From Chthonomonadales bacterium (lineage in GTDB: Bacteria; Armatimonadota; Chthonomonadetes; Chthonomonadales; CAJBBX01), in contig JBMFSQ010000010.1 in NCBI GenBank assembly GCA_049967475.1, forward strand, positions 32,001-96,000: a stretch of DNA of 64,000 nucleotides. Direction: 5' to 3'. Made by a program: the position numbers and the translations under genes. The notes beneath the pieces are model-generated. The model searched no databases. It was not told the origin of the DNA and saw nothing but the letters and a program-made list of their open reading frames with translations. This document shows, piece after piece, positions 48,116 to 57,630 of the stretch; the first letter of the stretch is position 1, and every line of letters starts with the position of its first letter.

Positions 48116-49315
48116 CTATTCTTTCCGACGCGTCCGGCGTTGCGCGGTAACCACGCCCCCCGGAGATGCCGTGGTGGAGCGCACCATCAACGTTGTAGGG
48201 AGGATCACATGCCTGAAGGTGCGAGGACCTCCCTCCGCGGACTGGCGCATTCGCAACAGCAGCAGTTCGGCGGCACGCTTGCCGATCTGCCAGAAGGGCT
48301 GGTGGATCGTCGTGAGGATTGCCGGATGGGGCGAATAGCATTCCACATCGTCAAACCCCACGATGCTCACGTCGCGTGGAATGCGGATCCCCGCGTTGCC
48401 GGCAGCTCGCATGAACCGAAACGCGGACAGGTCATTCTCGAACACGATCGCCGTAGGACGTTCGGACGCGGAAAGCCAGTCCTTTGCCAAACGCGCCACA
48501 GCGTCCTCCAGATTGCCCGTGAAGGTGTACAGTTGCTCGGGTTTCTGCGGCAATCCGAAGCCGGCAAATGCTTCCACAAAGCCTGCCCGCCGTTCCATCA
48601 CCGTGGTAACCCGTTCGTCGTGCCCGGCATACAAAATCCGCCGGTGCCCCAGGTCAAACAGATATTCCACCCCAGTGCGCACGCCTTCGCGGTTATCCAC
48701 TCCCACAAAGTCGCATTCCAAAGCCTCGGGGTAGCGATCCACATACACAATCGGCAGACCTCGCCGATGTTCCTCGCTCAAAATCTGCAGGCTGCGATCG
48801 CTACCCGAATGCCAAACGATCATGCCCGCCACCCCATCCTTTAGAACACGATGGAGAACCTCTACCTCGAGATCTTCCCCAGGATGAACTGAGGTGGCCG
48901 CATCCCTTGATGGGTTCGTATCGTATACGGCAAGCCTGCACAGGTGGGGTTCCCGGTTCACCACCGAGGTAACGCCCCGAAGAATGGCATGAGCCGTCAC
49001 GTAGGTAGGGTGGTGCGGCAAAATGACGGCAATGGTTCTTTGCGAGCGGTCCCCATTCCCGTCGGCCCCTGTTCGGTGGGAACCCGAAGGCAGTACGACC
49101 GGCCGGCATCCAGGCCTCCGCTCAAGAAGACCGCGGTCCTGCAAGGCGGCCAAAGCGGCCCGGACCACCGGTCGGCTCACGCCGAATTCATCGGCGAGGA
49201 CCCGTTCAGACGGCAGCCAGGCTCCGGGCGCATAGTGCCCATTGGCGATGGCAGCCTCCAGAGCCCGGCGCACTCGAACCGCTGCAGGGAATGATTGTGG
49301 GGCCATGCGCACCAT
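48116..49315 (-). CDS. GntR HTH fused to a LacI-type sugar-binding domain (AraR-like regulator)
   Basis: LPSERVLADEFGVSRPVVR; VGVDN, GHRRI, IPRDVSIVGFDD, LTTIHQP. Confidence 0.92.
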   Translation of the reverse strand: MVRMAPQSFPAAVRVRRALEAAIANGHYAPGAWLPSERVLADEFGVSRPVVRAALAALQDRGLLERRPGCRPVVLPSGSHRTGADGNGDRSQRTIAVILPHHPTYVTAHAILRGVTSVVNREPHLCRLAVYDTNPSRDAATSVHPGEDLEVEVLHRVLKDGVAGMIVWHSGSDRSLQILSEEHRRGLPIVYVDRYPEALECDFVGVDNREGVRTGVEYLFDLGHRRILYAGHDERVTTVMERRAGFVEAFAGFGLPQKPEQLYTFTGNLEDAVARLAKDWLSASERPTAIVFENDLSAFRFMRAAGNAGIRIPRDVSIVGFDDVECYSPHPAILTTIHQPFWQIGKRAAELLLLRMRQSAEGGPRTFRHVILPTTLMVRSTTASPGGVVTAQRRTRRKE

Positions 49316-49338
49316 CGCGTTACCAAGCTAAGGCCATA

Positions 49339-49377
49339 AGTTGACCGTATGATATCAGGTGGTTAACCTCTTGTCAA
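49339..49377 (-). promoter_or_regulatory. Sigma70 promoter with putative autoregulatory operator
   Basis: TTGACA-N17-TATCAT with TGn; palindrome GGTTAACC (49361-49368) in the spacer and a 6/8 copy at 49339-49346. Confidence 0.7.
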
Positions 49378-49724
49378 GGGTTTGCCGGCACACTGTCGTT
49401 GCTCACGTAAAAGCTACCCATAGTCGCTCGGATGGTATGGAGGAACGACCCGGCGCACCATCAGCCATTTGGTGCAACGAAGTGTGGCCTGCTTTTGCCC
49501 CACGCTGGTCGCCCAAGTGAACGAATGGGAACGGGGAGGGTATCATCCGTGAACGGGAACTGCGTGCTTCGGACGATGCCCTCGGGGAAATAGCGGCGAC
49601 GTCCCCTATCCCTGCAGACGCGCTTGCGGCAGCCCCGTCTATTACGCACATGGAACTACGCCGAGAGCGCCTTTCTCACTCGGGTCGTGCTCGCCGCCGC
49701 TACCCGAAACACCGCCCATGCCGG

Positions 49725-51911
49725 TTAGGGGAATTGCGCTCGGTTTTGGGCAGCAAGCTCGCGCTCCAGCCTTGCGCGCATCGCCGCGGCAGCGGATGCT
49801 TCCTCCGTGCGGCCGAGGGCGCGGAGGCTGTGTTCCCAGCCTTGGAGAGCCGCCCGGTAGCGATCGGCCACGGAGCGCAGCACCTCAGGCCGCACCTCTA
49901 CCTGCACGATCTGTAAGTTTCGTCGCTGCCAGTACTCCTCCAGGATCTGCACAGCCTGCCGGTAGTCGGCTTCAGCACGTTTTGGATCACCCGCAGCAGC
50001 TTCATAGCGCCCTAAGGCGGCATATGCAGCGCCGAATTCCCAGTTCACAAGCTCCGGTAGGGCGCGCACGCGGCCCACCGGCGCACGGTAGAGAGCAGCA
50101 ATCTGCCTGTACACCAACTCGGCTGCGGCACGGCGCCCGTCGGCTTCGTAGACCTCAGCGAGAGCGAGAAGGTTCTGCAGATTGAGGGGCTCCAGGGTCC
50201 TGGCGCGCTCGAACTGGCCGATTGCGCCAGGCAAGTCATGCGCCCTTTCCAAAAACCGGGCGTATCGGTAATGGCACTTACCTATATCCGCCAATCGGAT
50301 GGCAGCTTGGTACTGCTCGCCGGCGGAATGAAGATCGCCTTGCATTTCGTATACTTCGGCCAGTGAGAGCCTGTAATCCGGATTGAGCGGATCCCAGGCG
50401 GCAGCGGCACTCAGGTATTGGGCCGCACCGAAGGCATCTGCTGATCGCAAGAGCCCCATTCCGCGAAGGGCCTCAACGCGGCCTCCGGCAACCATCACGC
50501 AAAATACGGCCGCGCATGCGCTTGCCGCGATCCCGATCCACCGCAAAACGATGCTCACGGTTGCGGCCGGCCTCCAACCGGCGAAGCCCGCCATGACGCC
50601 GCAGAGCACGGCGAATGTGAAGGCATTCGCCGGCACATATAAGTCCGAGTCGAAGCAGTTCCTCAGAAGCGCGCCGGCAAGGCCTCCCACAACGCCAGCC
50701 TTCAGGATCTCCAGATCCAGCGTGACGCCGCTGCCGCCGGCTCCAGGCGGCCGAGATTGATGTGCATTGGGGGCAGGTCCCCGGGCTGCACGAACGGATG
50801 GCGGCCCCGGGACCGAAGCGGCTTGGTAGCGGCGCCAATCGGTTTTCAACGTCTTGACCAAAAGGACAGCTACCCACGCTGTAAACAACACCGCCCCTGG
50901 GATGCCGATTTCATCTGCTAACTGAAGGTAGCTGTTGTGCGCGTGCTCGGTATAGCCGACGAGGGCGTATCGGGGGTAAGCCGCGTCGAAGGAACCGATG
51001 CCCGTTCCGAAAATAGGATGGGCCAGCGCCATCCGCAATGCACCGCGCCACGTGTATTCGCGAAACTGGGTGGAATAGCTCTCCAGCCCCGTATTTGCCA
51101 GGCGATGGAGAACCGGACGGACGCCCGCCGCCAACGCCAGCACGGCTACGAGCATCAAGGCAAGGGTGCGCCGCCGCGTTCGACCTCTCAAGGCTCCGGC
51201 CCTCACAGCGTACGATCCGAACACCGTCAGCCCTACCACGAGGCAAACGAGCCCAAACCGCGAACCCGTCAGAAGAAGTGCGGAAGTCTCAAGGGCCAAT
51301 GAAAACCCGGCGAGCAAAGCGACCATTCGGTCCCCGGTCGCGAGGAAGGCTGCCGCGGCCAACGGCACCGTCATGCAGAGATAGCCGGCAAGGAAATTGG
51401 GTGTGGCAAAGGTCGAAAAGACGCGCCACGTGGGGTTGTGCAGCGCCACCTCACCGGCATACTCGCGGATACCCAATGCGGCCACAACTGCGGAAGCGAG
51501 GATCAATGCGTACACCACAACGTTGAGCGCACGGCCGCTGCGGGCGCAGACCGCTGTACTCGCGCCCGTTGCCGACGCTCCTGCCAGCACCATGCACCCA
51601 ACGAGGGATGCCCAAACAACCTGCGAGTGCATCAACGAAAGAACCGCCAAAGCCGGGATCACGGCGATCACAGCAGAAAACGTAAGTTGGCGGTAATTCC
51701 GCCAAACCAGAACCCACGAGACCAGCGCAACGAACGTAGCCGCAGGCACTCCAAGCAAGTCTGTGAAGCCGGTTCCGGGTGTGGCGGGGTTGACGCGGTC
51801 GCTCGGCATTCCCCCGCGAAGAGCTACTACCACGAGGGCCAAGCCCACGCCTAGGGCTACGATCTGCGACACGGTGGCCGAAGAAAAAACCAGAGCGCGC
51901 CTGCGCGTCAC
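49725..51911 (-). CDS. O-antigen ligase (Wzy_C) family protein with TPR tail
   Basis: STFATPNFLAGY, LTGSR, HPIFGTGIGSF, HAHNSYLQ; C-terminal TPRs; start uncertain. Confidence 0.88.
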   Translation of the reverse strand: MTRRRALVFSSATVSQIVALGVGLALVVVALRGGMPSDRVNPATPGTGFTDLLGVPAATFVALVSWVLVWRNYRQLTFSAVIAVIPALAVLSLMHSQVVWASLVGCMVLAGASATGASTAVCARSGRALNVVVYALILASAVVAALGIREYAGEVALHNPTWRVFSTFATPNFLAGYLCMTVPLAAAAFLATGDRMVALLAGFSLALETSALLLTGSRFGLVCLVVGLTVFGSYAVRAGALRGRTRRRTLALMLVAVLALAAGVRPVLHRLANTGLESYSTQFREYTWRGALRMALAHPIFGTGIGSFDAAYPRYALVGYTEHAHNSYLQLADEIGIPGAVLFTAWVAVLLVKTLKTDWRRYQAASVPGPPSVRAARGPAPNAHQSRPPGAGGSGVTLDLEILKAGVVGGLAGALLRNCFDSDLYVPANAFTFAVLCGVMAGFAGWRPAATVSIVLRWIGIAASACAAVFCVMVAGGRVEALRGMGLLRSADAFGAAQYLSAAAAWDPLNPDYRLSLAEVYEMQGDLHSAGEQYQAAIRLADIGKCHYRYARFLERAHDLPGAIGQFERARTLEPLNLQNLLALAEVYEADGRRAAAELVYRQIAALYRAPVGRVRALPELVNWEFGAAYAALGRYEAAAGDPKRAEADYRQAVQILEEYWQRRNLQIVQVEVRPEVLRSVADRYRAALQGWEHSLRALGRTEEASAAAAMRARLERELAAQNRAQFP

Positions 51912-52798
51912 TTCTGCCTCCAATGGGCCAGGCGCCGCTTCAGGTTCCGCCACCGGTAGCGAACGATCTGCCCGCTCGCCCGCAATACCAGGCCGGGAAG
52001 GATCAGCGGCCGCACGAACCATGGCGTCTTGCGGGCATAGTGCTTGCGATAGAAGCGATACATGCTCCGGTGGAAGGCGAACGTTGCTCGCGTGGGAACC
52101 TGGTCGCTGCTCCGGCCGATGGTGTGGTAGATCACGGATGCAGGGCAGTACATCACGCGCCACCCGAGCTCATGGGTCCGGTAGCAGAGATCCACATCCT
52201 CGCAGTACATATAGAAGCATTCATCGAAGCCACCCGTTTGGCGCAGCACCTCTCGGCGGATCATGAGCGCCGCGCCGGACACCCAGTCTACGTCCCTCGG
52301 TGTGGCGTGGTCCCAATCCGCCATCAAATAGTCTTGCGTAAAGCGGTTCCTTGGGAACAACCGCCCCAGCGGGGTGTTACGAAAGAAGCCCACACCCAAA
52401 TTCGGAAAGCGGCGGCAAGAGTATTGGAGGCTGCCGTCGGCATTGAGCAGGCGCGGGCCAACGATGCCGACATCCGGGTGTTCGTCGGCAAACGACACGA
52501 GGGTGTCCAGGGCGCACGGAGTTACGCGCGTGTCGGCATTGAGGAAGAGTATGTAGCGACCGGGATCAGCCGGTACCGCGCGGTTATTGCCGGCGCAAAA
52601 GCCTAGATTGCGGGAATGGGCAACAAGGCGAACCTGCGGGAATTCTGCCAGTACCATCTCGCGGCTGCCGTCTGCGGAAGCATTATCGGCTACTATAATC
52701 TCCACCTCGTGTTCATACTTCTGAGCCACAAGCGATGCGAGGCACACACGAAGATCGTTGCGGGTATTCCAGTTGAGTACGATAACGGTTAGATCCAC
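51908..52798 (-). CDS. GT2 glycosyltransferase (WbbL-like)
   Basis: IVLNWN, ADNASADGS, FLNAD, DWVSGA, EDVDLC. Confidence 0.92.
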   Translation of the reverse strand: MDLTVIVLNWNTRNDLRVCLASLVAQKYEHEVEIIVADNASADGSREMVLAEFPQVRLVAHSRNLGFCAGNNRAVPADPGRYILFLNADTRVTPCALDTLVSFADEHPDVGIVGPRLLNADGSLQYSCRRFPNLGVGFFRNTPLGRLFPRNRFTQDYLMADWDHATPRDVDWVSGAALMIRREVLRQTGGFDECFYMYCEDVDLCYRTHELGWRVMYCPASVIYHTIGRSSDQVPTRATFAFHRSMYRFYRKHYARKTPWFVRPLILPGLVLRASGQIVRYRWRNLKRRLAHWRQK

Positions 52799-52799
52799 G

Positions 52800-53648
52800 C
52801 TATCCTCTGAGCCTCGCAGCGATCCAAGCGTGCACCCACGAGGCCAGCGCCGCAACCCAATAAACCGGCAGAAATAGGGGCGAGCGGTAATGCTTGCGGT
52901 AGAACTGCAGTAGCCCTCGTCGCGACTCCCATGCCATCATACCCCGCACCAACCGCGTGCTGCCGCCTCCGTAGTGCGTCACAACGACCGAAGGCGTGTA
53001 GAGAACCACCACCCCATTCCGGTTTGCCCGGTACAACCAGTCCACGTCGTTGAAAAAGATAGGGAAGCACTCATCCATCGCCCCGATCCGGTCGAAAACG
53101 CTGCGGCGCATTAGTAGAAAGGTACCCATCGGTTGTTCCACGACCGCCTCATGCTCGTAATCGAACCAATCCATTCGGTAGGCGTTGATGATACGGCTCC
53201 GGCGGAACAGCGCCGCAATCCCCGTCACCTCAAAGATCATCGCAGCAGGCCGAGGAAAACCGCGCACCGACTTTTGGACCGTGCCGTCCGGATGCACCAG
53301 TTTCGCGGCCAGCACGCCTACCTCGGGGCGACGCTCGAGCAGCTCCACGGCACGCTCCAAACTTCCCGGCCAAACCACTACATCGGGGTTGAGCAGCAGA
53401 ACGTACCTTCCCCTACTGGCAGCCACGCCTTGGTTGTTCCCCCGCGCATAGCCTTCATTGGCGTTGTTGGCGATGAGGCACACCTGAGGATACTTCCGGG
53501 CGACTGCCTCCGCGCTTCCGTCCGCAGAGGCGTTGTCTACCACGATGACCTCGAATTCGAAGGGCGGCGGGTTCCGGTAGATTGAGTGGAGTGCTCCAAG
53601 GAGATAGTCGCGCGTGTTCCAATTGACGAGGATGATGGAGAGCGTCAT
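52800..53648 (-). CDS. GT2 glycosyltransferase
   Basis: ILVNWN, VDNASADGS, LLNPD, NDVDW. Confidence 0.92.
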   Translation of the reverse strand: MTLSIILVNWNTRDYLLGALHSIYRNPPPFEFEVIVVDNASADGSAEAVARKYPQVCLIANNANEGYARGNNQGVAASRGRYVLLLNPDVVVWPGSLERAVELLERRPEVGVLAAKLVHPDGTVQKSVRGFPRPAAMIFEVTGIAALFRRSRIINAYRMDWFDYEHEAVVEQPMGTFLLMRRSVFDRIGAMDECFPIFFNDVDWLYRANRNGVVVLYTPSVVVTHYGGGSTRLVRGMMAWESRRGLLQFYRKHYRSPLFLPVYWVAALASWVHAWIAARLRG

Positions 53649-54361
53649 GGGAAGAGGCACGCTGCCGACCCACCTTGTGTCGCCAGAGGCAGCAGATCGG
53701 CCAATTCGTTTACAAGAAGATCCGGCATGGCCGGAGCAAAGAAGGAACCGTCTCTTCCTAACAGGATGCCCACGGTAAAGAGGCCCGCTGCCCGACCCGC
53801 CTGGATATCCATCCAATGATCCCCGATGATGACGGCCTGCGCTGGCCCATCATGGAGGTGTTCCATGCCCAAGAGGCGCAGAGTGTGCATCAGGTGGTCC
53901 GGATGGGGCTTCGTGCGCTCCACATCGTCGCGCGTCACGAGGGCATCATAAGGAAGCCTGCTCATTCGCACGAGCTGTTCGGACACCCGCCGGCAATTTC
54001 GGGTTACGATGCCTATCCGAATGGACCGCCGGTGCAGATGCCGAATGAGAGCCGCAGCCCCAGGAGCCACCTTCGCGTCCCGCACATGGCGTTCTTCGAT
54101 TGCCTCGAGGGCTGCGAATGCTTCCTTGCGCAAGGCCGCCGCCTGGGCGGGATCTCCTTCACGGGCAAGTGCGGCGCGGGCTTCCTCCACGATGGCCAGA
54201 ACATCCCGCTCGGTGGGATCTACGCGAATGCCGTATCGGAGCGCGAGCTGGCGCATCGCCCGGCGCATGGCGTCAAAGTCTATCTCCGTTTGGATGAGCG
54301 TGCCGTCCAGATCGAAGAGTGCGGCACGCACATGGGCAAAGGGGTTATCCACAGGTTCCAT
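53645..54361 (-). CDS. HAD-family phosphatase
   Basis: FDLDGTL, VTRN, KPHP, IGDHWMD. Confidence 0.9.
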   Translation of the reverse strand: MEPVDNPFAHVRAALFDLDGTLIQTEIDFDAMRRAMRQLALRYGIRVDPTERDVLAIVEEARAALAREGDPAQAAALRKEAFAALEAIEERHVRDAKVAPGAAALIRHLHRRSIRIGIVTRNCRRVSEQLVRMSRLPYDALVTRDDVERTKPHPDHLMHTLRLLGMEHLHDGPAQAVIIGDHWMDIQAGRAAGLFTVGILLGRDGSFFAPAMPDLLVNELADLLPLATQGGSAACLFP

Positions 54362-54408
54362 GATAGCACCTCACCGATCCTCGCTGCCATGAATGAAGAA
54401 CCGACACC

Positions 54409-55605
54409 TCAATCAATAGGGTCGGGTACGTCCTCGGGCACCGGCTCGGCAAGTTTCGGGAAGAAGTAAATCAACAGGATCCGTACTGAGGCTGCCACGG
54501 GCACAGCCAAGAGCATCCCCCAAATGCCGAAAAGCGTCGCGCCGCACATTAAGGCGAATACGTTCACGAGGGGATGAAGCCCAACCGACCCGCCCACAAC
54601 GCGAGGAGTGATGCCGTAGTCGAAGGAGAGGTGCATGCCGACGAACAGCGCCACCACCAGCAGGGCGTATCCTGCGGAAGGGAGCTCCAAAGGCCAGAGG
54701 AACAGAAGCACCGGATGCTCCACGGTGAGGGCGACGATGCCTGCCGTGCAGATGGCAACTGCAGGCCCGATATAGGGAACCGCGTACAGCACACCTGCAG
54801 CCAGTCCAAGGAAGAGTGCGTAATGAAGCCCCAGCAAGTAAAACAGCACCACGGCGGCTATACCGTAACAGACGCAGACCACGGCGAGACTGCGGAAATA
54901 GGCGCTGAAAACTTCCACCACTTCTTCGGACATACGGCGGATGCCCGGTTGATGGGCAGGGGGCGCAAAGGAGATGAGCTTGGCGCGAAGGGCGCGGTAG
55001 TCCATGAGGAAATAGAAAAGGGAAAGCGGGATGATGATGAGCCACAGGATCTGCCCGGCAAACCCCTGAATCGCATCTTTGACCGTAATAAGAGCTTGCT
55101 TGGCGGCTGCGGCGATGGCGCCGTTCTGGTTGGTAGCGCTGAGGGGGTTGCTCTTGACCCCGAGGGCTGAAAGAGGTTTCTGATAGCGCCGATACCACTG
55201 GTCCGTGATGCGGGTAATCTGGGAGCCATAATCTGAGGCTTTGTTGGCCAAGCCGTTCATCTGATTGAGAACCTGGGGAACAACCACTATGGCCGCCAGC
55301 ACGATGAGGAGGAATACCAAAGCATAGATGGTTGCCACAGCTCGGACGCGCGACACCCCCCGCCGCTGATGCCGCGTCACCACAGGATCTAGGAGGGAAG
55401 CAAGGAAGAAGGCGATAAGGAAAGGCGGCAATACGCTCCGGACCCGCCACAAAAAGAGGATGGCGCAGGCTCCGGCTGCCACCAGCCCTGCCGTCCTGCG
55501 CCATCCTCCGTCCGCTGCCGGCCCGTCCGCCGGTGGGCATTCCGGCGGCACGACACTCATGTCCCGCTTCTGTTCGGACGCATTAGGAGCCGGTCTATCG
55601 TCCAC
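54409..55605 (-). CDS. AI-2E family transporter
   Basis: PFLIAFFLASLLDP, VPYIGP, PRVVGGSVGLHP, GMLLAVP. Confidence 0.9.
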   Translation of the reverse strand: MDDRPAPNASEQKRDMSVVPPECPPADGPAADGGWRRTAGLVAAGACAILFLWRVRSVLPPFLIAFFLASLLDPVVTRHQRRGVSRVRAVATIYALVFLLIVLAAIVVVPQVLNQMNGLANKASDYGSQITRITDQWYRRYQKPLSALGVKSNPLSATNQNGAIAAAAKQALITVKDAIQGFAGQILWLIIIPLSLFYFLMDYRALRAKLISFAPPAHQPGIRRMSEEVVEVFSAYFRSLAVVCVCYGIAAVVLFYLLGLHYALFLGLAAGVLYAVPYIGPAVAICTAGIVALTVEHPVLLFLWPLELPSAGYALLVVALFVGMHLSFDYGITPRVVGGSVGLHPLVNVFALMCGATLFGIWGMLLAVPVAASVRILLIYFFPKLAEPVPEDVPDPID

Positions 55606-55619
55606 GCTCTTTCGAGGGC

Positions 55620-55910
55620 CTATACCGCGGTAGAGGTAGGCTCGGCCTCCTTCTCCTCGGACTTCTGGGCCTTCTCCACCATAGCCTGCTTGCCCGTCTC
55701 CACAGCCGTCTTCACCTTCTCGGCGACCTCTTTGCTCAGGTCGGAGATCTTCGTCCCCAGATCTGCAAGCGTCTTGCTCAAAGTCTCACGCGTCTCCGTA
55801 CCCGGCTTGGGAGCGAAGAGCAACCCGGCCACCGCGCCCACGATCACCCCAATGCCGATGCCGGCAAGGACGCTGATCAGAACGCTCTTATCGTTATCCT
55901 GCTGCTCCAT
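55620..55910 (-). CDS. YtxH domain protein
   Basis: GIGIGVIVGAVAGLLFAPKPGTETR. Confidence 0.88.
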   Translation of the reverse strand: MEQQDNDKSVLISVLAGIGIGVIVGAVAGLLFAPKPGTETRETLSKTLADLGTKISDLSKEVAEKVKTAVETGKQAMVEKAQKSEEKEAEPTSTAV

Positions 55911-56436
55911 CTGTGTCCCTCCTTTGTCCTTCTTCTTTGGTAATAACAAGCTGCTTGGATTTGTTGCCGTTGGGCAGAAGAGCACGCAAACCCGTTCGGA
56001 CGCCGATCATAAGGAGCCCGAGCTTGTTGGCCGAGAGCTTCAGCACCCGACCCGCTGCCGACGACACGTTGGCGGGTTCCGTAACCGTCCGCACCAATGA
56101 GGCAATCTGGGCAACATTCTGCGCCGTTTGGCTTACTGCCCTCGTCGCCGCCTCAACGTGCGTTACGGCGGTGCGGGTAATCTGAACTGTAGGCGCCAAC
56201 TCCGACCGCACCAGGCTGTCTGCGGATGCGGTAAGCTGCTCTATGCGCTCCAGCGCGGTCTTTGTTTCCCGCAGAACGGGAACCACCTCCGTCTGAAGCA
56301 CCTGCAGCTTCGCATTCACCTCGGCCAGGGCCCTCGTCACCGCCTTCAGCGCTTGAAGCACTCCTGCCGAGAACACGACGACGTTCAGCACAATGACGGC
56401 AAGCAATACCAGTTCTACAATTGTTCTTGTATCCAT
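55894..56436 (-). CDS. Membrane-anchored coiled-coil protein (DUF948/YtxG-like)
   Basis: N-terminal TM followed by heptad repeats; precedes YtxH. Confidence 0.65.
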   Translation of the reverse strand: MDTRTIVELVLLAVIVLNVVVFSAGVLQALKAVTRALAEVNAKLQVLQTEVVPVLRETKTALERIEQLTASADSLVRSELAPTVQITRTAVTHVEAATRAVSQTAQNVAQIASLVRTVTEPANVSSAAGRVLKLSANKLGLLMIGVRTGLRALLPNGNKSKQLVITKEEGQRRDTDGAAG

Positions 56437-56454
56437 TTTGCTCGCCTGCCAATA

Positions 56455-57552
56455 CTAGTCTTCAACTCGGCTGATGGTACCGCCGCCAAGTACGCGGTTG
56501 CCAAGATAGAATACTGCGGCCTGTCCCGGCGTAACGGCGCGCTGAGGTTCATCCAGCTCGCACTGAATGGAAGCATCCCGGTAAAACAACCGGGCCGGAA
56601 CCGCATCTGCATTATAGCGGATCTGGGCACAAACCGCAAGAGGAAAGTCCGGCTGCTCCCCTACCCAGCTTACGTCCTCAACTGTAAAGCGGCGCGAGTA
56701 AAGCTCCCGGTCTTCGCCTACCACCAGGGTATTCGTGCTCGCCTCCATTGCAACCACGTAGAGCGGACCCGAGTTGCTGGCAGGAAGCCTCCGGCGCTGG
56801 CCGATGGTGTAAAGAGCAAGGCCCTCGTGGTAACCCAGGACCCGGCCGGAAGTGTCTACAATCGGCCCAGAGCGCAGGGTGTGGGGAGCGCGCTCACGCA
56901 GAAATGCTGTGTAACCCTCCTGAGGCACAAAGCAGATTTCCTGGCTGTCGGCCTTGGCCGCCACGGGAAGGCCCAGTTCTGATGCGATGCGCCGCGTAAC
57001 CCATTTGCCCCCCAGTTCACCGATGGGGAACAGAACCTGGTCCAAGTCTGCTTCCGTCAGCATGTAGAGGGCATAGGACTGATCTTTGGCCCGGTCGCGC
57101 GCGCGATGCAGCTCCAGCCGTCCGGAAGCCTCATCCTTCACGATGCGCGCATAGTGCCCTGTGGCGAGGTACCGTGCGCCAAGCCGGCGCGCCTGGTGCA
57201 GCAGCTCCCGGAATTTGACGCGCCGATTGCACTCTACGCAAGGATTGGGGGTCCGGCCCCGTGAATACTCCAGCACAAAGTGTTGGATGACCTCGTTCTG
57301 AAAATGCTCCCGGAAGTTGAACACGTAATGGGGGATGCCGATGCGCGCCGCAGCCCTGCGTGCATCCTCCACTGCTCCCAGCGAGCAACAGCCCCCGCTG
57401 CGGCTTTGATCCGTGCGCTCCTGCCAAATCTGAAGCGTCACGCCGATCACATCGTACCCCTGCTGCTTCAGCAGGGCGGCCGCAACGGCGCTGTCTACCC
57501 CACCGCTCATGGCGGCCACGACTGTAGAATGGGTGAAAGAAGGGTTCATCAC
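56455..57552 (-). CDS. mnmA: tRNA 2-thiouridine(34) synthase
   Basis: AMSGGVDS, GRTPNPC, ATGHYA, KDQSY, DSQEICF, TPGQAAVFY. Confidence 0.97.
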   Translation of the reverse strand: MMNPSFTHSTVVAAMSGGVDSAVAAALLKQQGYDVIGVTLQIWQERTDQSRSGGCCSLGAVEDARRAAARIGIPHYVFNFREHFQNEVIQHFVLEYSRGRTPNPCVECNRRVKFRELLHQARRLGARYLATGHYARIVKDEASGRLELHRARDRAKDQSYALYMLTEADLDQVLFPIGELGGKWVTRRIASELGLPVAAKADSQEICFVPQEGYTAFLRERAPHTLRSGPIVDTSGRVLGYHEGLALYTIGQRRRLPASNSGPLYVVAMEASTNTLVVGEDRELYSRRFTVEDVSWVGEQPDFPLAVCAQIRYNADAVPARLFYRDASIQCELDEPQRAVTPGQAAVFYLGNRVLGGGTISRVED

Positions 57553-57630
57553 GCCTCTCTTAGGAACTTTCGACTATTCCAAGTTCCCGCACACGAGCCA
57601 AAGCCGCCCGCTCGCGCATCGCCGGGAAGC

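Noticed and set aside
56640..56655. GAGGAAAGTCCGG, resembling the RNase P RNA signature
   Set aside because: It lies antisense within intact mnmA and no other RNase P elements are visible
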